From the IMG/VR virus record IMGVR_UViG_3300020473_001840, positions 1-56,062 of that record: a DNA stretch of 56,062 bases. One strand, given 5' to 3'. Numbering within the stretch: position 1 is the stretch's first letter; every line of letters starts with the position of its first letter. Below, in pieces: positions 1-9,960 of this stretch. Below the pieces are notes generated by a model. That model had not been told where the DNA came from, ran no database searches, and saw only the letters and a list, made by a program, of their open reading frames with translations. This DNA comes from a virus (taxonomy: Duplodnaviria; Caudoviricetes). The position numbers and the translations under genes are program-made.

Positions 1-711
1 CATAAACTTACGCGAATCGACAAGCTCAAAGGCTTCAAGGGAAACGAGTTTACCGCATTTGGAACAGCTATCCACGCTGTATGCGAGAAGAAACTACTAA
101 AGGAAGAAATCGATGATGAAAGATTTTTTGTTCGTAGCTTTAATGATTGTATTACTGACCTCGGAGACGATGTGCATGTGGATAGCGGATTGGTTGATCA
201 AATGGTGGGACAAGGGAAAGCTTTATTACCAGAAATCGAAGAAGCAGTCGCAGACTACTTCGGAGAATACAACGTCGAAGCAGTAGAGCTAAAGCTTTAC
301 GAGCCTATTTCAGGCGAAGACGATTATATTTTCAAGGGATATATTGACGCGATTGTTTCTACACCAGATGGAAAGGTTCACATTTTTGATTGGAAAACTT
401 GTTCTTGGGGTTGGGACTCTAGACGCCGCAGCGAAAAGATGACAACCTACCAGCTTACGCTTTATAAGCACTTTTTTGCCCAGAAGATGGAAATTGATCC
501 TAAGAATGTAGAAACTCACTTTGCACTTCTTAAGAGAACAGCAAAGAAAAACAGAGTAGAACTATTTAGGGTGACGAGCGGACCAAAAAAAACCGAAAAC
601 GCTCTTAAACTATTGCATAAAGCATTATACAATATTAAAAATAAGCGGTACATCAAAAATAGGCTTTCGTGTGAGCGATGTACATTTAGGCACACAAAAG
701 AATGTCCATGA
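1..711 (+). CDS. PD-(D/E)XK Cas4/RecB-like exonuclease, 5' truncated by window
   Basis: Frame is open from base 1 (HKLTRIDK...FGTAIHAVCE). Motifs E-LKL, GYIDAI, IFDWKT, YQLTLY and C-terminal CERC...C (Fe-S cluster-type cysteines). Confidence 0.85.
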   Translation, partial: HKLTRIDKLKGFKGNEFTAFGTAIHAVCEKKLLKEEIDDERFFVRSFNDCITDLGDDVHVDSGLVDQMVGQGKALLPEIEEAVADYFGEYNVEAVELKLYEPISGEDDYIFKGYIDAIVSTPDGKVHIFDWKTCSWGWDSRRRSEKMTTYQLTLYKHFFAQKMEIDPKNVETHFALLKRTAKKNRVELFRVTSGPKKTENALKLLHKALYNIKNKRYIKNRLSCERCTFRHTKECP

Positions 712-718
712 GGAATAA

Positions 719-2008
719 ATGACAAAAAAGAAAATTTTGGTCTTATCTGACCACCCCTTATCTCCGTCTGGTGTAGGTACTCAGACAAAATATATGATTG
801 AAGCTCTTTTAGAAACTGGAAGATATAAATTCATTTGTTTAGGCGGGGCTATGAAGCATGTTGATTATAGGCCACAAAAAGTTGATCCCTTTGGCGAAGA
901 TTGGATGATTTATCCAGTTGATGGGTATGGAACAGACGAAATAATTCGCTCTATATTGCAAAAAGAGCGCCCCGATGCAATTTGGTTTATGACTGATCCT
1001 AGATTTTACGGATGGCTTTGGGAAATCGAAAATGAAGTGCGCGCGCATATCCCAATGATTTATTACCACGTGTGGGATAATTTTCCTGCACCGTCTTTTA
1101 ATGGTGGTTTTTATAGATCTACAGATAAGGTGGTCGCTATCTCTAAAGTCACGCAAAGTATTTTAGAAAGCGTAGCTCCTTCGGTAGATTCTGAATATCA
1201 TCCACATGCAGTAGATTCAAGTATTTTTAGAAAATATAAGAAAGATACTCCTGAATTTGATAGTGTCGGTAAAATGCGGTTTCAATTATTTAATAATACA
1301 TCTGCAAATATACAAAATATGCGCAAAAAGATATTTTTCTGGAATAACAGAAATGCTCGCAGAAAACAAAGCGGAACTTTAATTTGGTGGTTCAAAGAGT
1401 TTCTAGATGACGTAGGTCACGATCAGGCATGTCTTTTGATGCATACAGATGCAAAAGATCCTCATGGTCAAGATTTGCCACATCTTATAGGCCATTTAGG
1501 AGTCGGTCAAGGTCAAGTGTTTCTTTCAACTGAAAAAATCCCACCACAAGATTTAGCTAGTATGTATAATATGGCTGATTTTACTATTAATATTTCTGAT
1601 GCAGAAGGGTTTGGATTATCTACTTTAGAATCTCTTTCCTGTGGGACTCCTATTATTGTTAATATGACCGGCGGTTTACAAGAACAAGTCACCAATGGTA
1701 CGGACTGGTTCGGATGGGGAATTCAGCCGTCTTCTAAGGCAGTCATTGGCTCTTTGCAGGTGCCTTATATTTACGAAGATAGAATTTCACAAGAAGATTT
1801 TCATAATACGATGAAAAAAGCTCTTAATATTACCCAGAAGAGGTATAATAAAATGTGTAAATTGGGCATGAAGCATGTTAACGATAATTACAATTTTCTC
1901 ACATACAAAAAGAGATGGGTAGAAATTATGGATTCTGTTATTGAAAATAATGGTTCTTGGGAAACACGTAAAAATTACAAGCGCTGGCATCTACTGGAGG
2001 TAGCATGA
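719..2008 (+). CDS. Glycosyltransferase, GT4 family (GT-B)
   Basis: N-terminal SDHPLSPSGVGTQ, NRNARRK, and EGFGLSTLESLSCGTPII (E-x7-E motif). Confidence 0.9.
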   Translation: MTKKKILVLSDHPLSPSGVGTQTKYMIEALLETGRYKFICLGGAMKHVDYRPQKVDPFGEDWMIYPVDGYGTDEIIRSILQKERPDAIWFMTDPRFYGWLWEIENEVRAHIPMIYYHVWDNFPAPSFNGGFYRSTDKVVAISKVTQSILESVAPSVDSEYHPHAVDSSIFRKYKKDTPEFDSVGKMRFQLFNNTSANIQNMRKKIFFWNNRNARRKQSGTLIWWFKEFLDDVGHDQACLLMHTDAKDPHGQDLPHLIGHLGVGQGQVFLSTEKIPPQDLASMYNMADFTINISDAEGFGLSTLESLSCGTPIIVNMTGGLQEQVTNGTDWFGWGIQPSSKAVIGSLQVPYIYEDRISQEDFHNTMKKALNITQKRYNKMCKLGMKHVNDNYNFLTYKKRWVEIMDSVIENNGSWETRKNYKRWHLLEVA

Positions 2009-3255
2009 AAAAGAAAGTTCTTATTAAAGGTCCTATCCTAACTCGTTCTGGATATGGCGAGCAGGCACGTTTTGCTTTAAGAGCACTGCGCAGTCAGCCG
2101 GAAGTTTTTGAAATATTTGTTCAGCCAATTATCTGGGGTCAAACCTCATGGCTGATTGAAAACGATGAAGAAAGATTATGGCTTGATCAAACCATAGAAA
2201 AAACTATTTCTTATATTCAACAAGGAGGTCAATTTGATATTTCTTTACAAGTTACTATTCCTCCGGAGTGGGAAGCGCTTGCTCCAGTTAATATTGGATA
2301 TACAGCGGGAGTCGAGACTACAAAAGCGCATCATGCTTGGATTCAAAAAGGAAATCAAATGGATAAAATCATATTTGTTTCTAATCATTCAAGACAAGTT
2401 TTTGAAACTTCGAAGTATCAAGGAACCAACAATCAAACGGGTCAGGAAATTTTTTTACAGTCCACTTCGCCACTAGAGGTTGTAAATTATCCCGCTAAAG
2501 TTCACGAAAGCTTACCAGAGCTTGAGCTTGAATTAACAACATCTTTCAATTTTCTAACAGTTGCGCAATTCGGAATAAGAAAAAATTTAGAAAATACAAT
2601 TAAATGGTTTTTAGAAGAATTCATTGACGATGACGTTGGGCTTGTGGTGAAAACCAATCTTGCAAAGAATTGTTTGTTAGATAGAGAATTAGTAACAGCA
2701 CGTTTGCGTGCCCTCGTCACTGGCCAGAAGCCAGAGCGAAAATGCAAAGTGTATCTTTTGCACGGCGACATGACTGATGATGAGATTCATGCTTTATATG
2801 ATCATTCTGATATACATGCGATGTTGTGCTTGACTCACGGAGAAGGTTATGGTCTTCCTATGTTTGAAGCGGCATATTCTGGTATGCCTGTTGTATGTCC
2901 TGGGTGGTCTGGTCAGCTAGACTTTTTATTGAGTGAGACTGGCGAAGAAAAGTTTTACAATGTAAGCTATGATGTGCAGCCAGTACAAGAAGAAGCTGTT
3001 TGGGACGGTGTGATTATGGCTGAATCAATGTGGTGTTATGCGCGCGCATCTTCAGCAAAAAAGACCATGAGACAGTGTTACGAAGACGTTATCAATAATA
3101 AAGGTATCGCAAGTCAAAGCAAAGAATATGCTCAACAGCTTCATGAAAGATTTGAAGAAAATAAACTATATAAGCAATTTTGCGACACAATCTATAGCCC
3201 GACGACAGAAGATCAACAGTGGCTGGATGACTTGTCCAAGATAGAATTATTATGA
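2005..3255 (+). CDS. Glycosyltransferase, GT4 family (GT-B)
   Basis: TRSGYG, RKN, and HGEGYGLPMFEAAYSGMPVV (E-x7-E motif). ATGA overlap with upstream gene. Confidence 0.9.
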   Translation: MKKKVLIKGPILTRSGYGEQARFALRALRSQPEVFEIFVQPIIWGQTSWLIENDEERLWLDQTIEKTISYIQQGGQFDISLQVTIPPEWEALAPVNIGYTAGVETTKAHHAWIQKGNQMDKIIFVSNHSRQVFETSKYQGTNNQTGQEIFLQSTSPLEVVNYPAKVHESLPELELELTTSFNFLTVAQFGIRKNLENTIKWFLEEFIDDDVGLVVKTNLAKNCLLDRELVTARLRALVTGQKPERKCKVYLLHGDMTDDEIHALYDHSDIHAMLCLTHGEGYGLPMFEAAYSGMPVVCPGWSGQLDFLLSETGEEKFYNVSYDVQPVQEEAVWDGVIMAESMWCYARASSAKKTMRQCYEDVINNKGIASQSKEYAQQLHERFEENKLYKQFCDTIYSPTTEDQQWLDDLSKIELL

Positions 3256-4103
3256 CTGTAGTAGGGTTTGTATCTGATTTTTTTAGAGAAGATCTTTTAG
3301 GAGGCGCCGAAAGTAACGATAATAATTTAATAAATTATCTTAATCAATACTTCGAAGTTAAAAAAATCAAAAGTGCAAACTTTTCTTTAAAAAATGTTTC
3401 CGATTGTGATGCACTAATAATCAGTAATTTTTTGTTTGTTCAAGACGAAGTATTACGCGCCGTAGTTAAATCTAATAAGTATATTATCTATGAGCATGAT
3501 CACAAGTATGTATCGACCAGAGATCCCGGCAAATTTTTAAACTTTAAAATACCAACAAAGCATTTAGTTTACAGAGAACTTTATGAAAAAGCAGATACAG
3601 TGGTGGTGCTAACGGAAATTTGCAAAAAAGTTTTAGATGAGAATTTACCTTTAGTAAATACTCACAGTATAGGATGCAGCTTGTGGTCAGATAATACTTT
3701 TAAACTTTTATCGTCTTTAAACAAAAACACGTCTTCTAAAGATTTGTGTGTTATGAAAAGCGCCAATCCCACTAAAAATTATAAAAACACTATAGATTTT
3801 TGTAAAACAAATAAATTAGATCCAGATTCGATAGAAAGCAATGATTATGAGGAATTTCTAAAAATCATGTCTGAATATAAAAGATTCTTATTTATACCGA
3901 CTGTGTTAGAAACTTTCTCTCGTATTTGCGCCGAAGCAAAAATGTTAAACTTGTCTGTTATGACTAATAAAAAATTAATTGGATTTTTTAGTGAAAATTA
4001 TAGCAGTCTTAGCGGTGATGAACTTATTAGCACCCTTAAAGAAAAAAATGATAAAGCGTATATGTTTTTTCGAAAAAAGTTGGAGGAGATTTGCCAGCAA
4101 TAA
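3252..4103 (+). CDS. Putative GT-B glycosyltransferase (divergent GT4-like)
   Basis: GGAE N-terminal motif, EHDHKY, and ETFSRICAEAKML resembling the GT4 E-x7-E motif. Confidence 0.65.
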   Translation: MTVVGFVSDFFREDLLGGAESNDNNLINYLNQYFEVKKIKSANFSLKNVSDCDALIISNFLFVQDEVLRAVVKSNKYIIYEHDHKYVSTRDPGKFLNFKIPTKHLVYRELYEKADTVVVLTEICKKVLDENLPLVNTHSIGCSLWSDNTFKLLSSLNKNTSSKDLCVMKSANPTKNYKNTIDFCKTNKLDPDSIESNDYEEFLKIMSEYKRFLFIPTVLETFSRICAEAKMLNLSVMTNKKLIGFFSENYSSLSGDELISTLKEKNDKAYMFFRKKLEEICQQ

Positions 4104-4951
4104 TTACAGGCGCCGCCGGATTTATAGGCTCTCACCTGAAAAACAAATTGGGATCAAAAACTAAATGTTGTGATCCGGCAGATTTATCAATGATGTGTCC
4201 TTCGACGCTGGAAGAAATTATCAACAATAAGAAATTGTCCATTGAGGCTGTATTTCATCTTGGCGCTATTTCTTCAACTACAGAAAGTAACATTATTAAA
4301 CTTACTGATAATAATATTTTATTTAGTTGTCGTCTTTTAGACGCGTGTATTAAAAATAATATTCCGTTTGTGTATGCGTCATCTGCATCTGTTTACGGCG
4401 CCGGTAAGCATGGCTTTGAAGAGGATGTTTCGCTATCGCCTCTTAACTATTATGCAATTAGCAAAGCATCGTTTGATATGTATGTTAATCAAAAAATAAA
4501 AGATAATCCATTAGCAAAAATTGTGGGTTTAAGATATTTTAACGTATACGGCAAAAATGAAGAGCACAAAAAAGACATGGCTAGCCCAGTCCACAAATTC
4601 TGGAAACAGGCCAACGATACTGGAATTATAAAAGTTTTTGAAGGTAGTGAAGAGTTTTATCGAGATTTTATTCATGTTGATGATGTGGTAAACATCACCT
4701 ATAATGCTCAATATTTTACTAATTCTGGAATCTATAATGTAGGCACGGGAAAAAGCCGTAGCTTTATGGACGTTGCAGAAATAATTGCTTCAATATGCAA
4801 GGCAGAAATCAAACAAATTCCGTTTCCTAATCATCTTGCAGATAAATACCAAAAGTATACTCAAAGTAATAATAATAAAATAATAAACGCCGGCATAACT
4901 GAAAAATATACTACTTTAGAAAATGGTATAAGGGAAGTAATAAGTGATTAA
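4091..4951 (+). CDS. hldD: ADP-L-glycero-D-manno-heptose 6-epimerase
   Basis: TGAAGFIGS, FHLGAISSTTE, YASSASVYG, PLNYYAISK, LRYFNVYG, HKKDMAS, RDFIHVDDV. TTG start preceded by GGAGGAG Shine-Dalgarno. Confidence 0.88.
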   Translation: MPAIITGAAGFIGSHLKNKLGSKTKCCDPADLSMMCPSTLEEIINNKKLSIEAVFHLGAISSTTESNIIKLTDNNILFSCRLLDACIKNNIPFVYASSASVYGAGKHGFEEDVSLSPLNYYAISKASFDMYVNQKIKDNPLAKIVGLRYFNVYGKNEEHKKDMASPVHKFWKQANDTGIIKVFEGSEEFYRDFIHVDDVVNITYNAQYFTNSGIYNVGTGKSRSFMDVAEIIASICKAEIKQIPFPNHLADKYQKYTQSNNNKIINAGITEKYTTLENGIREVISD

Positions 4952-5342
4952 AGTTTTCACAAATGGCTGTTTTGACATAATTCATCCCGGCCACTTGGGG
5001 ATGTTAAAATATTGCGCTTCTCTTGGAGATCACCTAATGGTTGGAATTGATTCCGATATGCGCGTAGCGCAAAACAAAGGCCTCCATAGGCCAATAAACA
5101 ATCAAGAAGTTAGAAAATTTATACTCATGAATTTTAAATGGGTAAATGATGTTACAATTTTCAATAGTGATGCTGAGCTAACAGCGCTTGTTTCTGATTA
5201 TAAGCCAGATTATATGATTGTTGGATCTGACTGGAAAGACAAAAAAGTTATTGGTTCTGAACACGCTAAATTAGTTGGTTTTTTTGATAGAATAGATGCA
5301 TACTCAACAACAAAAATTATTGAACGTATTACTAATCGGTGA
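4944..5342 (+). CDS. rfaE2: Heptose-1-phosphate nucleotidyltransferase (stand-alone HldE/RfaE domain II)
   Basis: FTNGCFDIIHPGH, KG-x2-RPIN, GSDW and C-terminal YSTTKII. Confidence 0.85.
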   Translation: MIKVFTNGCFDIIHPGHLGMLKYCASLGDHLMVGIDSDMRVAQNKGLHRPINNQEVRKFILMNFKWVNDVTIFNSDAELTALVSDYKPDYMIVGSDWKDKKVIGSEHAKLVGFFDRIDAYSTTKIIERITNR

Positions 5343-6078
5343 TAGTTGTGAAGATGTTTATCATTATGGGACATGCGATCGCATTAGCCCAGAAGCCCCA
5401 GTGCCTATTTTTAATGAAACTTCTAAAGTTATTAAAAAAGGAATGTCGTCTAATGTGCGATTAAATCTAGAAGCATTGGGTATTTTTGTGACTCATTATA
5501 CAAATAATGAAAAAATCAGTAAACATCGATTTGTGGATTCTAGACATAATCAACATCTTTTGAGATGGGATGAGGGTGAAGAAAAACAGATTGAATTGTT
5601 TAATGTTGATTTTTTACAATTAGTAAAGCAGAGTATGCCCGATGCAGTAGTTATTAGTGATTATGATAAAGGGTTTTTAAGCTTTGAAGTTTGTATCAAG
5701 ATTGTTGATTTTTGTAAACAATATGAAATACCTATTTTTGTCGATACTAAGAAAAAAGATTTGACATGTTATAATAATTGTGTTATAAAAATAAATGAAA
5801 AAGAATTCTCAAATATTGAAAACTTTCCTGTAGATTCTGAATTTGTTATAACATTAGGTGAGAACGGCGCTCGCTACAAAAATCAAATTTTCAAAACAAC
5901 GCCGGTCGAAGTTTTTGATGTATGCGGAGCAGGAGATGTATTTTTATCAGCACTTGTGTACGGATATTTAAAAACAAATTGCATTGCCGACGCTATTCCA
6001 ATAGCTAATAAACTAGCAGCTATATCGGTAACACACATGGGAACTTACGTTTTAACTAAAAAGGACATTAATCAATAA
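5296..6078 (+). CDS. rfaE1: Heptose-7-phosphate kinase (stand-alone HldE/RfaE domain I, PfkB family)
   Basis: RISPEAPVP, ISDYDKG and EVFDVCGAGDVF. Confidence 0.88.
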   Translation: MHTQQQKLLNVLLIGDSCEDVYHYGTCDRISPEAPVPIFNETSKVIKKGMSSNVRLNLEALGIFVTHYTNNEKISKHRFVDSRHNQHLLRWDEGEEKQIELFNVDFLQLVKQSMPDAVVISDYDKGFLSFEVCIKIVDFCKQYEIPIFVDTKKKDLTCYNNCVIKINEKEFSNIENFPVDSEFVITLGENGARYKNQIFKTTPVEVFDVCGAGDVFLSALVYGYLKTNCIADAIPIANKLAAISVTHMGTYVLTKKDINQ

Positions 6079-6080
6079 AC

Positions 6081-6413
6081 ATGACTTATGTATTTGATAT
6101 AGACGGTACAATCTGTACCACCACAGAGGGTGAATACTCTCAGGCCGAGCCCTATGAAGACCGTATAAGAAAAGTAAATAATTTATACGAAGAGGGACAT
6201 ACAATAATTTTTCAAACAGCAAGAGGTATGGGCAGAAGCGGCAATTCCACTGCTCTTGCATATCATTTATTCGAAAAAGGAACAAAAAAACAATTAGAAA
6301 AGTGGGGAGTAAAATATCATAGCTTATTTTTAGGTAAACCTGCTGGAGATGTGTATATAGACGATAAGGGAATTAAAGATGAAGACTTCTTTACCAATGA
6401 AACACGTAGATAA
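6081..6413 (+). CDS. Small HAD-superfamily phosphatase (capsule biosynthesis BcbF/EcbF-like)
   Basis: FDIDGTIC, TARGM, GKP and YIDDK. Confidence 0.8.
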   Translation: MTYVFDIDGTICTTTEGEYSQAEPYEDRIRKVNNLYEEGHTIIFQTARGMGRSGNSTALAYHLFEKGTKKQLEKWGVKYHSLFLGKPAGDVYIDDKGIKDEDFFTNETRR

Positions 6414-6738
6414 AGGCTGGGGCTGGGAACGATGGATTGTAAATTGTGAAGAATATTGCGGTAAGCTTTTATTTTTTGAACAAGGTAAAAGGTGTTCCTG
6501 GCATTATCATAAATTAAAAGATGAGGTTTTTTATTTACAATCAGGATTAATGATAGTAAAATATTCAGACGAGGATGATATAGAAAAAGCTCAACAAATA
6601 ATTTTAAACCCAGGAGATAACTTTCATGTTTACAGAGGTCTCCGACATCAAATGGTGGCGCTCCAGCCATCGGAGCTTTTTGAGTTTTCTACACAACACT
6701 TTGATAGCGACAGTCATCGTATTATCAAAGGAGATTAA
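6379..6738 (+). CDS. Cupin-fold sugar isomerase-like protein
   Basis: KGWG-E, CSWHYHKLKDEVF, a later His (LRH) and EFST. Pattern of the mannose-6-P/D-lyxose isomerase-like cupins. Confidence 0.75.
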   Translation: MKTSLPMKHVDKGWGWERWIVNCEEYCGKLLFFEQGKRCSWHYHKLKDEVFYLQSGLMIVKYSDEDDIEKAQQIILNPGDNFHVYRGLRHQMVALQPSELFEFSTQHFDSDSHRIIKGD

Positions 6739-6739
6739 A

Positions 6740-7435
6740 ATGATTTATAATATGGATTGGTTTATTAATAATATTAAAAATAAAGTACCTTTTGCTTATG
6801 CTAGATTTAATGATGGCGAGATGATGGCGATTGATCAAGTAGGATCAGTAGTGGCCCGCGGCGATCAGTACGTTGATGCATCTTTGAGTGCTGCATTGCT
6901 TAACGCTATCAAGCATAAACAAAAAAATTATTATATTGGTGTTCCTTGCTCTTTGTGTTATCCGCGCTATAATAAACTTGCTAATGAGTTGATAGGTGAT
7001 TATGAACTAAAAACATTAGCTGTTGTAACAACTAATCGTAACTGGAAAAATTTTGTAGATACGTTTCCTGCTGCGATGCAAGATAGAAAAATGATTTGGA
7101 TCGGAGGCAATGATCAGAATATAGATGCGATAAAAGATTTAGGAATTGATATTAAAAAAGCCGCTCGCCTCCCACGGCAAAATAGTTGGGACTATTATAG
7201 AGCAATTTATTCTACAATGCCGCAGTACTTCGAACCGGGTGATGTAGTAGGTATTTCGCTAGGCCCTCTGGCGCGAATCTTAGCGCGCCAATGGTTTGAG
7301 CAAAATCCCGAGGTTACTTTTGTTGATATGGGTAGTAATTTTGATCCATTTACTCGTAATGTGCGCCATAACTGTCATAAGGGATGGGAACAGACTGGAT
7401 TTAATTTAGCTAAGCCGTGCAAGGAGTGCAATTAA
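6740..7435 (+). CDS. GT-D fold (DUF1792-like) glycosyltransferase
   Basis: YARFNDGE motif and late DMGS-FDP. Start reassigned to ATG 6740 after AAGGAG. Confidence 0.65.
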   Translation: MIYNMDWFINNIKNKVPFAYARFNDGEMMAIDQVGSVVARGDQYVDASLSAALLNAIKHKQKNYYIGVPCSLCYPRYNKLANELIGDYELKTLAVVTTNRNWKNFVDTFPAAMQDRKMIWIGGNDQNIDAIKDLGIDIKKAARLPRQNSWDYYRAIYSTMPQYFEPGDVVGISLGPLARILARQWFEQNPEVTFVDMGSNFDPFTRNVRHNCHKGWEQTGFNLAKPCKECN

Positions 7436-8158
7436 ATGAAAATATTTTTAATAACTTCTAATAAATATACACATGTATGTCCGATTAATATTCATTTTTT
7501 GAACAAATATTGGCCTAATCAAGAAATAGTATTATTAGGGTATGAAGAAGTATCTAAACTGCAAAATTTGCCTGAGAATGTAGTAAGAAAAAATCTAGGC
7601 ACTCAAAATGATTTTGGTACAAGCTGGACTAACGGATTAATACCTTTTTTTAATAATATTGAAGATGAATATTTCATAATTTTATTAGATGATTTGATAG
7701 TTTTAAATGAAGTTGACTTACACCGTATTAATTTGCTTGAAGAGCAATTTAAATCTGGAGATGCCGACAAAGCAATGATTGGCGGCGGCTTACCATTACA
7801 ATCTTCTACAAAAATTAACGAAGAGTTGTTATTATTTAATCAGGGAGTTGATTATCGTTGCTCACTTCATCCGGCCATTTGGACTAAAGAATATTTTTTA
7901 AAATATTTAAGACCAAATTTGTCCCCGTGGGAATTTGAAATGCACAACAATAACGCAGCAAAAGGCGACGGCTATCGAGTAATTGCTAACAACTACAGAT
8001 ATCCAGCTCAACAGCACCCTTTTTCTATATTAAATTTATACAATAAAGGTAAGCTTATGATTAATAACCGCGGCGATATTTTAGATAATCAACCCTCAAA
8101 ACGATTTTTTAATAAAGAGGATTTAATTTACATATGGGAGAAACTTAATGCGTCATAA
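7436..8158 (+). CDS. Putative GT-A-like glycosyltransferase
   Basis: IILLDD acidic motif, YRCSLHPAIW and SPWEFE. Operon context. Confidence 0.5.
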   Translation: MKIFLITSNKYTHVCPINIHFLNKYWPNQEIVLLGYEEVSKLQNLPENVVRKNLGTQNDFGTSWTNGLIPFFNNIEDEYFIILLDDLIVLNEVDLHRINLLEEQFKSGDADKAMIGGGLPLQSSTKINEELLLFNQGVDYRCSLHPAIWTKEYFLKYLRPNLSPWEFEMHNNNAAKGDGYRVIANNYRYPAQQHPFSILNLYNKGKLMINNRGDILDNQPSKRFFNKEDLIYIWEKLNAS

Positions 8159-8762
8159 TCCGTGGAGAATTGTCGAAATGTTTGAAGAGTCGGTAGCTGA
8201 CTATTGTGGCTCGAAATACGCGGTAGCTACAGATAATTGCACAGACGCTCTTTTGATGTGCTGCAGATATTTTAAAGTACAAGAGGTCACTATTCCGTGT
8301 CGTACATATTTATCGGTACCTCAATCTATTATGCATGCCGGCGGCACTGTGAAACTTAAAGATTATGAGTGGAAAGGCATCTACCAACTTGAGCCTTATC
8401 CAATTTATGATGCGGCTAAAAGATTTACTTCGGGAATGTATATTCCGGGAACATTTATGTGTCTTTCTTTTCAGACTAAAAAAAATCTTAAGATTGGGAA
8501 AGGCGGCATGATTTTAACTGACGATAAAGAGGCAGTAGATTGGTTTAAATTAGCGCGTTATGAAGGTCGCGACCACGTATCTGATGATATTGAAATTTGT
8601 GGTTGGAACATGTATATGACTCCCGAGCAAGCCGCTCGCGGCTTAACGCTTCTTCAGGTATTCCCCGAACATCACGAGGATCAGGCTGAGGATCCCTGGT
8701 ACCGCGACTTGCGTTCAATGCCCTTATTTAAAGATTGTGAAATAGTAGGAGAAAAATCATGA
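8148..8762 (+). CDS. Short DegT/DnrJ/EryC1/StrS PLP-dependent sugar aminotransferase
   Basis: FEESVADYCGSKYAVATDNCTDAL, YDAA, SFQTKKNLKIGKGGMILT (Lys retained) and GWNMYM. Confidence 0.8.
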   Translation: MRHNPWRIVEMFEESVADYCGSKYAVATDNCTDALLMCCRYFKVQEVTIPCRTYLSVPQSIMHAGGTVKLKDYEWKGIYQLEPYPIYDAAKRFTSGMYIPGTFMCLSFQTKKNLKIGKGGMILTDDKEAVDWFKLARYEGRDHVSDDIEICGWNMYMTPEQAARGLTLLQVFPEHHEDQAEDPWYRDLRSMPLFKDCEIVGEKS

Positions 8763-9358
8763 GCGCCGCCGGCGAAAAACCAAACAAAGAGAACATAAAG
8801 GACATGTGGGTAGTTCTTAAGGATTATGGATTTACAGTTTATTGTATTGATCAGCCGGAATATGTTGTTCAGTGGGACAAACACTTTAAAGATTTTTCTG
8901 GTTCTATTTTGGAGATTGGTGCTGGTAATGGTTTCATGGCGCGCCATATTGTAGATAATAATCCAGTAGATTATACAATTTTAGATATTCCCGATAATGT
9001 TCGAAGGCTACAAAGCAGCTCAGAATCCGCCATTGCAAATTACGAACAAATTAAATTTATTCCTTCTACTGATTATAAAAAAATATTTAAACATTCCTAT
9101 GATATATTAATTTCGCATCAATGCTTGTCCGAGACTCCTGCTTACTATTATTCTGAAATTTGGAACAATCTTGATATTAAAAATTGTTTTATAATCGATA
9201 ATTCAACAGACAAAAAAGATCCGGACTATAATGAAAAGCTAAAAAATTGGGTAGAAAATAGCTTTCAATCTACCGAAGGCACACATCGCAATTATAATGT
9301 TGATGGATATGACAAAAAAGGTATTATGGTTTATATTGGAAAAGGTAAGAAAACATGA
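8759..9358 (+). CDS. Putative sugar O-methyltransferase (class I SAM)
   Basis: ILEIGAGNG, YTILDIP and ISHQCLSE. Confidence 0.65.
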   Translation: MSAAGEKPNKENIKDMWVVLKDYGFTVYCIDQPEYVVQWDKHFKDFSGSILEIGAGNGFMARHIVDNNPVDYTILDIPDNVRRLQSSSESAIANYEQIKFIPSTDYKKIFKHSYDILISHQCLSETPAYYYSEIWNNLDIKNCFIIDNSTDKKDPDYNEKLKNWVENSFQSTEGTHRNYNVDGYDKKGIMVYIGKGKKT

Positions 9359-9960
9359 GCTTTATATTTAAATTATCGGATTCTCCGAATTTAATTCCTG
9401 TATTGGGCCAGGGTCTTCAAAAATATAATTCAGCCGATGATGAATCTATTGACCCAACAAACACAATTGAAGTGTTCAGTGATGAGATCTGGCCATCTAT
9501 TAATAAATATTTCAATCAAGATGTCCGAATGCTAGATATAGGGTGTGGAAATGGGCGCTTTGACGCTTTTTTAAGCAACCATGTGGGTCATATAGTGGCC
9601 ATCGACGCTTTTCGAGAAATGAACAAAGTACACTGTAGGCAAAATATTGAATTTGTTAAAACCACACTTCAAAAATACACCGGTGATCCGTTCGATATCA
9701 TATTTTTATTTGGGGTTTTTTATTTACAGGAAAGCTGGGGAACTGCGTCAGCATTTGAAAAGATGATCTCTATGCTTAAAGATGGAGGTGTGATAATCTC
9801 AGTTGATGACAAAAAACGAGATTTGCGCCACGATGTAAGCGATCGCCTGCCGCATGGGTATTATAATCTTGATTCATTATGCAACAGATATGGTGGAGAA
9901 ATTATTGAATCATTCGTTCAAAGAAACAACGTACATCGAATAACAGTGATTAAAAAATGA
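9355..9960 (+). CDS. Class I SAM-dependent methyltransferase
   Basis: MLDIGCGNG, VAID, FDII and LKDGG. Confidence 0.8.
   Translation: MSFIFKLSDSPNLIPVLGQGLQKYNSADDESIDPTNTIEVFSDEIWPSINKYFNQDVRMLDIGCGNGRFDAFLSNHVGHIVAIDAFREMNKVHCRQNIEFVKTTLQKYTGDPFDIIFLFGVFYLQESWGTASAFEKMISMLKDGGVIISVDDKKRDLRHDVSDRLPHGYYNLDSLCNRYGGEIIESFVQRNNVHRITVIKK

Noticed and set aside
1-711. CRISPR-Cas system
   Set aside because: Only a Cas4-like gene. No cas1/cas2 and no repeat-spacer array seen.
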